64,000 nucleotides of DNA from assembly GCA_963743915.1 (NCBI GenBank), contig CAVURN010000002.1:256001-320000 (forward strand), given 5' to 3'. The notes under the pieces were generated by a model. The model was not told the origin of the DNA, did no database searches, and saw only the letters and a list, made by a program, of their open reading frames with translations. The DNA comes from an uncultured Actinomycetota bacterium. Its GTDB lineage: Bacteria; Actinomycetota; Actinomycetes; JAHEKZ01. Each line of letters begins with the position of its first letter. Position 1 is the stretch's first letter. This document shows, one piece after another, positions 18,501 through 29,651 of this stretch. The translations under genes were made by a program, and so were the position numbers.

Positions 18501-19847
18501 CTAGAGAACGGCCGGAGGGGTGTTGCCCACCTCCTCGATGCCCTCGGCGACGCGGACCCGCCGCAGGACCAGCATTCCGAGCACGAAGAAGACCACCAGG
18601 GCCAGGATCGCCACCCGGTACGACCCGGAGACCTCGTAGGCGAGCGCGAAGGTCAAGGTGCCGAGCCAGCTGGTGCCGCGCTCGGAGATCTCGTAGAAGG
18701 CGAAGTACTCCGCCTCGCGCAGCCGGGGAATGAGCTGGGAGTAGAGGGACCGGGAGAGTGCCTGCGAGCCGCCGAGAACGAAACCGATCACGGTGGCGAG
18801 GCCGAAGACGCCGACCGGCCACTCCGCCGGTAGCACGAAGGCAACGGCGACGACCCCCGTCCAGGCGACCAGCGACCCGAGGATGACCCGCTGCGCGCCG
18901 TACCGTCCCGCGAGCCGCCCCAGGGCGAGAGCACCGACGAACGCGACGACCTGGACGAGCAGAATCACCGCGATCGAGATGGTGGTGTCGAGCAGCAGCT
19001 CCTTCTCGATGTAGACCGCGGCCAGGGCGATGACGGTCTGGATCCCGTCGTTGTAGAGCAGGTACCCGAGCAGGAACAGCAGGGTCTGCGGGTAGCGACG
19101 GAGGTCGCGGAGGGTGCCGCCGAGCTGGCGGAAGCCGCTGGTGAGCACCGACCCGGAGGGTGGAGCCGGCGCACCCTCGCCGCGCTCGGACCGGTTACGG
19201 AGTCCGACCACCGGGATGACGGTGAAGACCGCCCACCAGACGCCGGCGGACAGCAGGCTGAGGCGAACGGCCTCGCCCTCGGTGAGCCCGAACGCCTCGT
19301 GCCCGAGGAACAGCGCGAGGTTGGCGGCGAGCAGGATCGCACCGCCCAGGTAGCCCAGTGCCCATCCGCGCGAGGACACGGCGTCCCGCTCGTCGGGCGT
19401 CGCCACCTGCGGCAGGAAGGCGTTGTAGACCACGACGCTCATGCCGAACGCGAGGTTGGCCACCACCAGCAGGATGCCGCCCAGCACAAAGCGGCCGTCG
19501 GTGAGCGTGACCATGAGCATCGTGGCCGCAGCCCCGACCGCGGCGAAGGAGGCCAGCAGCTGTCGCTGGTGCCGGGAGCGGTCCGCGATGGCGCCGGTGA
19601 CGGGCAGGATCAGCACCTGCAGCACCACGGAGAGGGACACCAGCAGCGAGAAGTACGAACCGGGACGCACCTGCCAGAGGAGGAATCCCACGCGGCCGTC
19701 GGCCCCGGCGGCGTCCTCGGCCAGCGTGGTCAGGTAGGGGCCGAGGAAGACGGTGACGACGGTGGTGGAGAACGCCGAGTTCGCCCAGTCGTAGAAGTAC
19801 CAGGACCGCTGCAGGCGACGCCGCGACCTGTCGACCGGCGCGGTCAT
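18501..19847 (-). CDS. MFS transporter (UMF1/ATG22-like)
   Basis: WYFYDWANSAF, YNAFLP, YNDGIQT, SQALSRS; about 12 TM helices. Confidence 0.88.
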   Translation of the reverse strand: MTAPVDRSRRRLQRSWYFYDWANSAFSTTVVTVFLGPYLTTLAEDAAGADGRVGFLLWQVRPGSYFSLLVSLSVVLQVLILPVTGAIADRSRHQRQLLASFAAVGAAATMLMVTLTDGRFVLGGILLVVANLAFGMSVVVYNAFLPQVATPDERDAVSSRGWALGYLGGAILLAANLALFLGHEAFGLTEGEAVRLSLLSAGVWWAVFTVIPVVGLRNRSERGEGAPAPPSGSVLTSGFRQLGGTLRDLRRYPQTLLFLLGYLLYNDGIQTVIALAAVYIEKELLLDTTISIAVILLVQVVAFVGALALGRLAGRYGAQRVILGSLVAWTGVVAVAFVLPAEWPVGVFGLATVIGFVLGGSQALSRSLYSQLIPRLREAEYFAFYEISERGTSWLGTLTFALAYEVSGSYRVAILALVVFFVLGMLVLRRVRVAEGIEEVGNTPPAVL

Positions 19848-20648
19848 GTCGCCGGGACCCACCCGTGTGCCCGGAAGACCGACTCGAGCAACGCGATGTC
19901 GTCACTCATCACGCCGTCGACCCCTCGCTGGAGCAGCAGGTCCATCTCGGCAGCATCGTTGACGGTCCAGACGTGGACGGGCATCCCGACACGCTGAGCC
20001 GCGGCGAGCAGGTCGATCCCGCGACCGCGGACGCCGGGCAGCTGCCGGGCCAGGACGCGCGGGATCTGCAGCACGTCGGCCCCGGGCACCTCGAGCGGCT
20101 GACCGCGTCCGGCCTGGCCGGTGGCTGCGGCCAGCTCCCGGGGGCCGGCGGCGGTGCAGACCTTCGGCCCGAGGGCAGCGCGCACCCACCGCAGCCGACG
20201 GTCGCTGAAGGACGCCACGCACACCCGCTCCACCAGGTCGGTTGCGGTCAGCAGGTCGACCAGCGGGCGGACCGCGGCGTCCGCCTTCGGATCGATGTTG
20301 AAGCGCACCTCGGAGAACTCCGCGAGCAGCTCGCTCAGGCGGGGGAGGGGCTCGACCCCCCACCGGCAGGTCCTCGAGGTCCCCGACCGTGAGGTCGGCG
20401 ACACGCACCCGGTAGCCGCCCACCCGCGCGAGCGAGGCGTCATGGCTGGCCACCAGTACGCCGTCCCGGGTCGCGTGCACGTCGGTCTCGAAGCAGCGGA
20501 AACCGAGCCGGTACGCCCGCCGGAATGCCGCAGCCGTGTTCTCGACGTAGTCCGGGTCGGCCACCGGGACAGCGCCGTCCGACGTGCCGCGCGGTCCGCC
20601 GCGATGGACCATCGGGACGGGCCCGGGGTGCTGCAGGAAGGGGTGCAC
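19844..20648 (-). CDS. Glycerophosphodiester phosphodiesterase, frameshifted near 20360
   Basis: HRGG, ENT, ETDVHATRDG..HD, NIDPK, HVWTVND, GVDGVMSD across two frames. Confidence 0.82.
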
Positions 20649-20656
20649 GGGGAACG

Positions 20657-22001
20657 TCAGCCGCGGATGCCGAGCCGCGCCAGCAGCACAACGTCTCGGC
20701 CAACGCTGCCCGTCCGAGCTGACCGAGGTCGACGCTCTCGTCCGCGGAGTGGATGTTCGCCTGCGCTCCGTCCTCGGCTCCCCAGAGGACGAACTCCGCA
20801 TCGGGGTTGAGCTGCTGCAACGTCGTGAGCAGGGGGATCGACCCTCCGCTGCCGATCAGCCCAGTGGGTGCCCCATACACGTCGGCCATGACCTGCCGCG
20901 CCGCGGTCAGGGCCGGGCCGTCCGTCGCCGTGGTCCAGCCGGGCCACGCGGCGTCACCGGTGATGGTCGCCTGCGCGCCCCAGGGAACGACCGACTCCAG
21001 GCGCTCCACGAGCAGGCGGCGCTGCTCCGCGGCGTCGACGCCGGGCGGGATCCGCATCGACACGATGGCCCGGGCACGGGGTGCGAGGGCGTTGACCGCA
21101 CCCGCAATCGGGGCTGCGTCGAGGCCGATGACGTTGATCGCGGGACGCGACCAGAGCCGGCTCGCGAGGCGTCCGCTGCCGACCAGCCCGGCACCGGGGA
21201 GCACCCCGGCCGCCTGGCGAAAGAGCTCGGCGTCGGTCTCCCCACCCGACCACTCGCCTGCGGTGAGTCCCGCGACCGCCACGTCCCCGTTGTCGTCGTG
21301 CAGGGTGGAGAGCATCCGGACGAGCGCCAGCAGCGCGTCGGGCGCACCACCGCCGAAGATCCCGGAGTGCACCGGCTGCCGAAGGGTCGACACCTCGACG
21401 TCGACGACGACGCCGCCGCGGGTGCTGACCTCGAGCACCGGCACACCGACCTGCTCGTTGCCACCGTCGGCGATGACGATGACGTCCGCCGCGAACATCT
21501 CTGGGTGTGCCAGCGCGAACGCCTCGAGGTGGCTGTCGGTCTCCTCTCGCCCTCGATCACCACGCGCAGGCCCACCGGGAGGTCACCCTCGAACGCCTGG
21601 AGGGTCGCGGCGTGCATGGCGATGCCGGACTTGTCGTCGGCGCCCCTCGTCCGTAGAGCCTTCCGTCGCGGACGACCGGTAGCCACGGGTCGACCGTCCA
21701 GCCCTGGTCGGCCGGAGCGGGCTGCACGTCGTAGTGCGCGTAGAGCAGGACCGTCGGCGCGCCCGGGGGGCGGGTGCTCGCCGTAGACCACCGGATAGCC
21801 GTCCGGTACCTCGACGAGTCGGGCGTCCGGCAGGCCGGAGCGTCGCAGCAGCTCAACAGTGGCGTCGGCCATCGCGAGCACGGGCTCGGCCGGGAATCCC
21901 GGGAAGGCGCACGACGGGAGAGAGACCAGCCGTGCGAGGTCGTCGACGACCCCCGGCATCACCGCATCGACTCTGGCTCGCAGCACGCTCTCGTCAGTCA
22001 C
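20657..22001 (-). CDS. M20/M25/M40 metallo-dipeptidase, several frameshifts
   Basis: [38 protein letters not shown] spread over frames. Confidence 0.8.
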
Positions 22002-22033
22002 GGCGCCTGAGTCTAGGAGGCGCACCCGAGGTA

Positions 22034-23730
22034 CTAGGACAGGCCGACGATGTTCCCGCCCGCGTCGATGTCGATCCGCTCGGCCGCCGGGTGGCTGGAC
22101 AGCCCCGGCATGGTGCGGATCTCGCCGCACACGGCGTAGACGTAGCCGGCACCGGCCGCGAGTCGCAGCTCGCGGACGGGCAGGGGGCCCCAGTTCTCCG
22201 GGGCGCCGAGCAGGCTGGCGTCGGACGTGATGGACAGGTGGGTCTTGGCGATGACGATCGGCAGGTTGCCGTAGCCGAGCTCCGGCTTCCTCGCCTGGGC
22301 GGCCGCGGTGGGGGAGAAGTCGACGCCGGTCGCGCCGTAGAGCTCGGTGGCGATGGTCTCGATCTTCTTCTCGATGGTGTCCTCGAGCGGGTACAGGAAC
22401 CGGAAGTCGTTCGGCTCGTTGGCGACCTCCTCGACGACGCGGGCCAGCTCGACGGCGCCGTCACCACCGTCGACCACGTGCGTCGCGACAGCGGAGCGGG
22501 CGCCCGCTTCTTCGGCGATCTTGCGGATGACCTCGTGTTCGCTCGGGTGGTCGGTCGGGAAGGCGTTGATCGCCACGACCGGCGTGATGCCGAACTTCTT
22601 GAGGTTCGCCAGGTGCTTGCGCAGGTTGGCGCCACCGATCGCGACCTCGTCGGGGTTCTCGGCCAAGAGCTCCGGAGGCAGGGGCTTGCCGGGCTTGATC
22701 ACGTGGCGTCCGGAGTGGGCCTTGAGCGCGCGCACCGTGGCGACGACGACCGCCGCGGATGGCGTGAGACCCGACAGGCGGCACTTCATGTCGAAGAACT
22801 TCTCGCCCCCGATGTCGGCGCCGAAGCCGGCCTCGGTGATGAGGTAGTCGCCGCTCTTGATGCCGATGAGGTCGGCCACGATCGACGACTGGCCGGTGGC
22901 GATGTTGCCGAACGGTCCGGTGTGGATCAGGGCGGGCTGCCCCTCGATCGTCTGCAGCACGTTGGGCTCGAGTGCGTCGCGCAGGATGACCGCCATGGAG
23001 CCGGCCGCCTTGAGGTCCTCGGCTGTCACCGGGTCGCCGGTCTTCGTGTAGCCGACGACGATCTTCCCGACGCGCTCGCGGAGGTCCTTCTCCGAGGTCG
23101 CGAGGGCGAGCAGCACCATCAGCTCGCTCGCGGCGGTGATGTCGAATCCGGTCTGGCGGGGGACCCCGTCGACGCGCGCGCCCAGCCCGATGATGACGTT
23201 GCGCAGCGCACGGTCGTTGACGTCCATGACGCGGCGCCACTCGATCGAGCTCGGCTCGATGCCGAGCTCGTTGCCCTGGAACAGGTGGTTGTCGAGCATC
23301 GCCGCCAGCAGGTTGTGCGCCGCGGTGATGGCGTGGAAGTCACCGGTCAGGTGGAGGTTGAGCTTCTCCATGGGGATGACCTGGCTGTAGCCGCCACCGG
23401 CCGCCCCGCCCTTGATCCCGAACGTGGGACCCATCGACGGCTGCCGCAGCGCCAGCGTCGCCCGCTTGCCGATCTTGCCGAAGCCCTGGGCCAGGCCGAT
23501 CGAGGTGGTGGTCTTGCCCTCGCCGAGCGGCGTCGGGGTGATCGCCGTGACCAGGATGTACTTGGCCGGCGGCCGGTCGGCGAGCTCCTCGATCGCGTCG
23601 AGACTCACCTTCCCGACATCACGCCCGTAGGGTTCCCACAGGTGCTCGGGGAGTCCATGGACTCAGTGATCTCACTGATCGGACGGACGGCGGACGCGCG
23701 GGCGATGTCAAGGTCGCTGGGGATGCTCAC
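22034..23730 (-). CDS. fhs: Formate--tetrahydrofolate ligase (N-terminus frameshifted near 23640)
   Basis: TPTPLGEGKTTT, GIKGGAAGGGYSQV, TEAGFGAD, AKTHLS, TMPGL; start VSIPSDLDIAR at 23730. Confidence 0.95.
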
Positions 23731-23849
23731 GCGCATAGACTGACGCACGAGTCAGTGAATCGACAGGCCATTGGTCCTGAAGTTGCCCAACGTTCCGTGA
23801 TGCGGAACGGCTGTCCCACGGATGGGCCAGGCCCGGGCCACGGAACGGG

Positions 23850-24955
23850 TCACCGGCGTCGATAGGCCATCGCCTCGGTGACCCGGTCGACCGCCAGATG
23901 CTCGGCCTCGGCGCGCGGCGTCCGACCACTGGCCGCGGAGGCGTGCAGGACGGCCTGGGTGTTCCTGCGGATCTTCTCCTCGATGACGGCGAATGCCTGG
24001 GAGGCGGTTCCGCCGGCGTACTCGACCGCCGCGCAGATGACGCCACCAGCATTGGCGATGAAGTCGGGGAGCACCGTCACGCCCTGCTCGTGCAGGTACT
24101 GCTCGGCCTCGGGGCTCGCGGCGATGTTGGCGCCCTGGAGCAGCAGACAGGTGTCCAGCTTGGCGACGTTCTCCGCCGTGATCACGTCTGGCCGGGCCGC
24201 GGGGATCCAGATCTCGCAGGGAGTGACAACAGGGCCTCGGCGCTCACCGCGTGACCACCGGGGAAGGTGCCGACCGGCTGCCCGGACCTCTTGTGGGCGA
24301 TGAGGGCGTCCACATCGAACCCGTCCGGAGCGGTGGTCGCGCCCCGGCTGTCCGAAGCAGCGACCAGGACCGCACCGCGGTCGCGCAGGAAGCGTGCCGC
24401 GTGCTGACCGACCGACCCGAAGCCCTGGACGACGACGCGCGCGCCGGTGAGTGGCAGGAGGCCGCGCTCGGCGGCGACCTCAGCAGCGATGGCGAGGCCG
24501 AAGCCCGTGGCGCCTAGGACGTCCAACGGGATACCGCCCACCACGGCGGGCAGCCCGACCGCCCGCCCGCAGGCGTCCCGGAGGTGCGCCATCAACCGCT
24601 CGTCCAGGCCCATGTCCGGGCCAGGGATGTAACCCACGACGTCCCGGATGCGGACACCGAAGGCGCGGACCAGCTCGACCTTTGCCTCGTAGGGGAGTGA
24701 GGGGTCGGCCACGATGCCCGCCTTGGCTCCGCCGTGCGGCAAGCCCGCTGCAGCGTTCTTCCAGGTCATGGCGCGGGCCAACCGGGCGACCTCCACGACC
24801 GAGACGTCGGAAGCCATACGAAGCCCACCGATGGCGGGTCCGATGGCGAGGTTGTCGACCACCACGTAGCCGGTCAGGCCGGCAGCGGGATCGTTGACGA
24901 TGAGCACCTGCTCAGGTCCGAACCGATCGACCTGCGGCAGCTCGATGGTGGGCAT
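23850..24955 (-). CDS. Glu/Leu/Phe/Val dehydrogenase, frameshifted near 24200-24260
   Basis: GPAIGGLR, MTWK, GGAKAG, GPDMG, ATGFG, QGFGSVG, GAN, PDFIANAGGV. Confidence 0.88.
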
Positions 24956-25058
24956 GGTCGCCTCCTTCGGCGAGGGACCCGATCGGTCCTCTCACTGCCC
25001 TTGTACCGCGCGTCAGACGCAGTCGGCAGAGTCGTTCGACCACTGTCGCCCAAGGACC

Positions 25059-26315
25059 CTACGGAGCGCGCGGATCGCTGTAGCACCAGGGCGTGGAGGA
25101 GAATTGGCGTCCACCCGGGGTGATCCACGTCATGTGTCCGTCGGGCTCGAGCTGCACCTCCCAGCCGGGTGAGTGTTTGAGGCGATGGTGCCTGCGGCAC
25201 AGAGCCGCCAGGTTGCCCGCGGCGGTGGGGCCGTCCGGCCACGGCACCGTGTGGTCGAGGTCAGTGCCCGACGCAGATGCATTCCGCCGGCATCCGGGGA
25301 AGCGGCACACCACGTCACGCGCCTGGATCGCCCGGCGCAGTGGAGCCGAAGGACGGTATTGGCGCTCACCCACGGCCACCAGCTCGCCGGTGTCGGCGTC
25401 GGTGCGCAGGAGCCGGAAGGTGACGTCACCCTCAGCGCGCTGGAGCAGGTCAGCGACGTCATCGGGCAGAACCGGGCCCACGCCCCTGACCTCTGCCGGC
25501 GCGCACGAACCCGTCGGGGCCGCCTCGCTGACCACCACCTGCACCTCTACCTGCGGCGGCGCTGCGCGTCCGGTGACGAGATCGACCAAGGCATCGGCGC
25601 GCCGCTGGTCCATGGTGCGGGCGTCGTCGGCGCCGGAGGCCAAGGCGACGGCGTTGACCGTGTCGTACAACTGGCGCGCCTGCACGCCCGGCAGCAACGC
25701 CCACAACGAACCCATCGAGTCGACACCCGGGCTGAACACGACCCGCCTGTCTGCCATGGCCCGCCGACGCCTGGCTTCGGCAGCGTCGGGGTCGGCGGCC
25801 AGGACCCGACGCGTCAGCCAGGCACGAGTCTGCGACGGCGTGTGCTCCGCCGCGTAGTCGGCAGCATCGGTGATCAGGTCATAGGTGGCAGGCACGGTGG
25901 GGTCGAGGGTGTCGACCAGCTCGGTGACCACCTGGACAGCGGCGGGGGAGAGCACGCCCGCACACCACATCGTCATCAGTGCGGGGTGACGGGCGGCGTC
26001 CCGCGCCACCTGCACCCGTCGGTGTGCGGTGATCGTCGAGCAGTGCAGGGCCAAGGCGACTTCGTCCGGTACGAACTCTGGGTCGGGTACCAGCACCTCC
26101 GACGACCGGTCATCGGTGCTCGCGTGCTCGGCTTCCTCAACCATCGATGCCATCGCCATCGCCTGGATCGCCGTTGCCGAGCTGGCCACTTGTTCCATCA
26201 GCCGAACGACGTCCCGAGACGTCAGTTCGTCTCGGTTCGTGACCCCATCGATGAGGGTGCGCAAATGCGCCAGAGCCGCTCCGCGGAGCGGCTCAAGAAC
26301 GAGGTCTGCTGACAT
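25059..26315 (-). CDS. DUF222 (13E12-type) HNH endonuclease domain protein
   Basis: RRADALVDL, RDVVCRFPGC, DLDHTVPW, NLAALCRRHHRLKH. Confidence 0.88.
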   Translation of the reverse strand: MSADLVLEPLRGAALAHLRTLIDGVTNRDELTSRDVVRLMEQVASSATAIQAMAMASMVEEAEHASTDDRSSEVLVPDPEFVPDEVALALHCSTITAHRRVQVARDAARHPALMTMWCAGVLSPAAVQVVTELVDTLDPTVPATYDLITDAADYAAEHTPSQTRAWLTRRVLAADPDAAEARRRRAMADRRVVFSPGVDSMGSLWALLPGVQARQLYDTVNAVALASGADDARTMDQRRADALVDLVTGRAAPPQVEVQVVVSEAAPTGSCAPAEVRGVGPVLPDDVADLLQRAEGDVTFRLLRTDADTGELVAVGERQYRPSAPLRRAIQARDVVCRFPGCRRNASASGTDLDHTVPWPDGPTAAGNLAALCRRHHRLKHSPGWEVQLEPDGHMTWITPGGRQFSSTPWCYSDPRAP

Positions 26316-26391
26316 ACACGCACTCTCCCAGGAGGGTGTGACAACGCCCGTCGCCTAGAGGCTTGACCTCCGCCGTGGCACGATCGCTCGG

Positions 26392-26841
26392 GTGACGGAC
26401 ACCTCGAGCGACGCTCAGCGCCTGCGCGACCTGGCGCTGTTGCGTGGGGTGCGGGACAGGATCGACCGCGAGTACGCGCAGCCGCTCGACGTCGAGGCCC
26501 TTGCCCGCGGGGTCCACATGTCGGCCGGCCACCTGAGCCGGCGGTTCCGACTCGCGTATGGCGAGTCGCCGTACGCGTACCTGATGACACGACGCATCGA
26601 GCGCGCGATGGCGTTGCTACGTCGCGGAGACCTCAGCGTCACGGAGGTGTGCTTCGCCGTCGGCTGTTCCTCGCTGGGCACCTTCAGCAGCCGCTTCACC
26701 GAGCTGGTCGGTGTGCCGCCCAGCACCTACCGGCGGGAAGGTGCGGACGCCACCGAGGGGATGCCGGCATGCGTGGCGAAGCAGGTGACCCGACCGATCA
26801 GGAATCGAGAAGCGTCGGTGGCCGAGCCGCAGCTAGCGTAA
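26392..26841 (+). CDS. AraC-family HTH regulator
   Basis: RDRIDREYAQPLDVEALA, SLGTFSSRF. Confidence 0.9.
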   Translation: MTDTSSDAQRLRDLALLRGVRDRIDREYAQPLDVEALARGVHMSAGHLSRRFRLAYGESPYAYLMTRRIERAMALLRRGDLSVTEVCFAVGCSSLGTFSSRFTELVGVPPSTYRREGADATEGMPACVAKQVTRPIRNREASVAEPQLA

Positions 26842-26846
26842 GCGGC

Positions 26847-27257
26847 ATGGACATCACCATTCACTCGAGCTTCCTCCCACACACCGATCCGGACGCGTCG
26901 TTGGCGTTCTACCGGGACGTCCTCGGCTTCGAGGTCCGGGCCGACGTCGGCGGCGGTCAGATGCGCTGGATCACCGTCGGCCCTCCCGGCCAGCCCGGCA
27001 CGTCGATCGTCCTCGACCCACCCGGCGCCAACCCCGGCATCACCGATGACGAGCGCCGCACCATCACCGAGATGATGGCCAAGGGCACCTACGCCATGCT
27101 GCTGCTCGCCACCAAGGATCTCGACGGCGCCTTCGAACAGCTGCAGGCTACGGACGCCGAGATCGTCCAGGAGCCGACCGAGCAGCCGTACGGCGTCCGT
27201 GACTGCGCCGTCCGCGATCCTGCCGGAAACCTGATCCGCATCCAGGAACAGAAGTAG
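26847..27257 (+). CDS. VOC/glyoxalase family protein
   Basis: [31 protein letters not shown]. Confidence 0.9.
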   Translation: MDITIHSSFLPHTDPDASLAFYRDVLGFEVRADVGGGQMRWITVGPPGQPGTSIVLDPPGANPGITDDERRTITEMMAKGTYAMLLLATKDLDGAFEQLQATDAEIVQEPTEQPYGVRDCAVRDPAGNLIRIQEQK

Positions 27258-27282
27258 CCCACTTCCCGAAGGAGTCGACGCA

Positions 27283-27741
27283 GTGGCTGAGAAGAAGACC
27301 GCGAAGAAGAGCACCCAGAAGCGGACTGGCAGCTCCGCGAGCTTCACGGCCGAGGAGCGAGCGGCGATGCGGGAGCGGGCCAAGGAGCTCAAGGCCCAGG
27401 CGTCCAGGGCGGACGGCGAGAAGGCGCTGCTCGCCAAGGTCGCCGAGATGGAGGGCTCCGACCGCGCGATGGCCGAACGCCTGCACGCCGTCGTGATGGC
27501 CGCCGCGCCGACGCTCACGCCGAAGACCTGGTACGGGATGCCGGCCTGGGCGAAGGACGACAAGGTTCTCTGCTTCTTCCAGAGCGCCGCAAAGTTCGGC
27601 GCCCGCTACGCGACCTTCGGTTTCCAGGACGGCGCGAACCTCGACCAGGGCGCCATGTGGCCGACGTCGTGGGCGATGACCGAGCTGACCGCTGCCGACG
27701 AGAAGAAGATCACCACCCTGGTCAAGAAGGCGGTCCGCTGA
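27283..27741 (+). CDS. DUF1801 domain protein
   Basis: [29 protein letters not shown]; typical AraC-VOC-DUF1801 triad. Confidence 0.8.
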   Translation: MAEKKTAKKSTQKRTGSSASFTAEERAAMRERAKELKAQASRADGEKALLAKVAEMEGSDRAMAERLHAVVMAAAPTLTPKTWYGMPAWAKDDKVLCFFQSAAKFGARYATFGFQDGANLDQGAMWPTSWAMTELTAADEKKITTLVKKAVR

Positions 27742-28384
27742 GTCGTTCAGGTGGCGCGCCCTGCAGGCCGGCGAGCGCCTGCAGGATCAGCTCGAGCCCG
27801 ATGTCGAACTCCGCGTCGGCGGTGAATCCCTCGGTGAGTGCGTGTTGGCCGAGATCGGCCAGGTGCGGATAGCCGCTCGACCTCACCTGCTCGAGCATCT
27901 CCTGGGTGGCTCCCTCGCCGGCCTTGCGCCGGCTCGTCTCCTGGATGACGTGCCCGTACACGAAGCTGTCCAGCAGCCACAGTGCATGGGCCGCCGCATC
28001 GATGGTGAAACCCGCCCCCTGCAGGCCGCCCAGTGCGGCGTCCAGGGAACGGAGCAGGTTCGGACCCAGGACGCGGCGACTCTCCAGCAGCCCGATCGCC
28101 CACGGGTGCCGGGTGAACACCACCCTGGACGCGGTCGCCCGGCGCCGAAGCAGGCCCTGCCACGTCTCCCGGTCTCCGGGGGACACCTCGATCTCGGCCC
28201 CCACCAGGTCGACGATCCCGTCGAGGATCGCGTCCTTGTTGCGGACGTGCTTGTAGAGCGACATGGCCTCGACACCGAGGGTGGCCCCCAGCTTGCGCAT
28301 GGTCAGTGCGTCGAGCCCCTCATGGTCGACGAGAGCCACCGCGGCTTGCAGAACCCGGTCCCGGCTGAGGGGGGCCCGGCGCAC
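27722..28384 (-). CDS. TetR family regulator (TetR_C class)
   Basis: [38 protein letters not shown]. Confidence 0.92.
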   Translation of the reverse strand: MRRAPLSRDRVLQAAVALVDHEGLDALTMRKLGATLGVEAMSLYKHVRNKDAILDGIVDLVGAEIEVSPGDRETWQGLLRRRATASRVVFTRHPWAIGLLESRRVLGPNLLRSLDAALGGLQGAGFTIDAAAHALWLLDSFVYGHVIQETSRRKAGEGATQEMLEQVRSSGYPHLADLGQHALTEGFTADAEFDIGLELILQALAGLQGAPPERLSGPPS

Positions 28385-28405
28385 CGACTCCCAGGAGTGC
28401 TCACC

Positions 28406-28434
28406 TTGCCGAGTTTACTAAGTAAGCCTAGAAT
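28406..28434 (+). promoter_or_regulatory. Sigma70-type promoter with a palindromic operator in the spacer
   Basis: TTGCCG-N17-TAGAAT; TTACT-A-AGTAA palindrome at 28415-28425 between divergent TetR and membrane-protein genes. Confidence 0.7.
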
Positions 28435-28465
28435 GGGAAACAACCCCGCAACGAGGGGAGCCCTC

Positions 28466-28921
28466 ATGTCATCCCGGGTCACGCATTCCGTATCCCTGGC
28501 CGCGGCCAGGTTCCAGGACCTCCCGGTCAACGTTCGCGTCAAGCTCTCCGGCCTCTGGGCGTCCATGCTGTTCGTCTTCGCCTACGTCGACCTCTTCAGC
28601 CTGTACCGCGCGGATGTGCGGTCGAAGCTCGAAGCCGGCCAGGTCAGCGGCTTCGACGTGGGCCAGACGTTTCTCTTCGCCACCACGCTCTACATCGCGA
28701 TCCCGAGCCTGATGGTCTTCCTGGTGCTCGTCCTGCGGCCGGGCGTCAACCGCATCACCAACCTCGTCGTGGCCTCGGTGTACGCACTGACGATCGTCGG
28801 CGGCGCCATTGGCGAGTGGGGCTACTACGTGCTCGGCAGTGCTCTCGAGGTCGGGCTGCTCGCGGCCATCGTGTTCTACGCCTGGACCTGGCCCCGCCAG
28901 GTGGTCAATGATCCTTCATGA
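28466..28921 (+). CDS. Small membrane protein (DUF6326-like)
   Basis: KLSGLWASMLFVFAYVD, IPSLMVFL, AWTWP. Confidence 0.75.
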   Translation: MSSRVTHSVSLAAARFQDLPVNVRVKLSGLWASMLFVFAYVDLFSLYRADVRSKLEAGQVSGFDVGQTFLFATTLYIAIPSLMVFLVLVLRPGVNRITNLVVASVYALTIVGGAIGEWGYYVLGSALEVGLLAAIVFYAWTWPRQVVNDPS

Positions 28922-28949
28922 ACCGCCGATAATCGACATTATGTCAATA
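28922..28949 (+). other. dif site (XerC/XerD chromosome dimer resolution site)
   Basis: ACCGCCGATAA-TCGACA-TTATGTCAATA has the 11-6-11 layout with an ATAA/TTAT core like E. coli dif; gene-strand bias converges here. Confidence 0.85.
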
Positions 28950-29008
28950 CACTCACGAGACCCCGGCTCGCCCGATCCGCGAGGCCTCCCCGCGCCTAGG
29001 CTCGCGCC

Positions 29009-29614
29009 ATGCTGATCTGGCTCAACGGCGCGTTCGGGGCCGGCAAGACGCAGACAGCCCATGAGCTGCACCGGCGGCTGCCGGACGGACACGTGGCGGA
29101 TCCGGAGCTGCTCGGGTTCGCCCTGCACCGCATGCTGCCGACAGCGGAACGGCGCGACTTCCAGGATCTGGCGCAGTGGCGCTCCGGCGTCGTCGAGACG
29201 CTTGCACAGGCCGAGCATGCCCACCGGGGGCCGGTCCTCGTCCCGATGACGCTCGTCGAGGACGACTACTTCGACGAGATCATGGACGGGTTGACGTCCA
29301 GGGCTGTGGCGGTCCGCCACTACGCCCTGCTCGCGGAGCCATCCACGTTGCGAAGCCGACTGTCTCACCGTCTTGGCTTCATCGGTTCGTGGATCGGTGA
29401 CGACACGTGGGCGGTCGAGCAGATCCCCCGGTGTGTGGCGGCACTGGCCACCGAGCGCTACGCCACTCACGTCGAGACCGACAACCTCACCACCGATGAG
29501 GTCGTCGAGTGGATAGCGCGTGACGCGGGTCTGACGCTCACCCGTCCACGGCTCGGCCCGCTGCGCTCCCAGCTCCAACGGCTCCGGGTCGGCGTCCGGC
29601 ACGTACGCGCGTGA
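29009..29614 (+). CDS. P-loop ATPase/kinase, TmrB (tunicamycin-resistance)-like
   Basis: MLIWLNGAFGAGKT, DPE..G, DFQDL..WR, VPMT. Confidence 0.75.
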   Translation: MLIWLNGAFGAGKTQTAHELHRRLPDGHVADPELLGFALHRMLPTAERRDFQDLAQWRSGVVETLAQAEHAHRGPVLVPMTLVEDDYFDEIMDGLTSRAVAVRHYALLAEPSTLRSRLSHRLGFIGSWIGDDTWAVEQIPRCVAALATERYATHVETDNLTTDEVVEWIARDAGLTLTRPRLGPLRSQLQRLRVGVRHVRA

Positions 29615-29651
29615 CCCGTGGGTGATGGCGTTTCCGGCTTAGTCTGGAGCG

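Noticed and set aside
23343-23365. FtsR-like match TCAGGTGGAGGTTGAG inside fhs
   Set aside because: Encoded by ordinary preferred codons (CTC AAC CTC CAC CTG) with poor outer arms; shows the motif core can arise by chance, so not counted.
23731-23849. ZMP/ZTP or THF riboswitch upstream of fhs
   Set aside because: Two short hairpins are present but the conserved riboswitch nucleotides were not recognisable.
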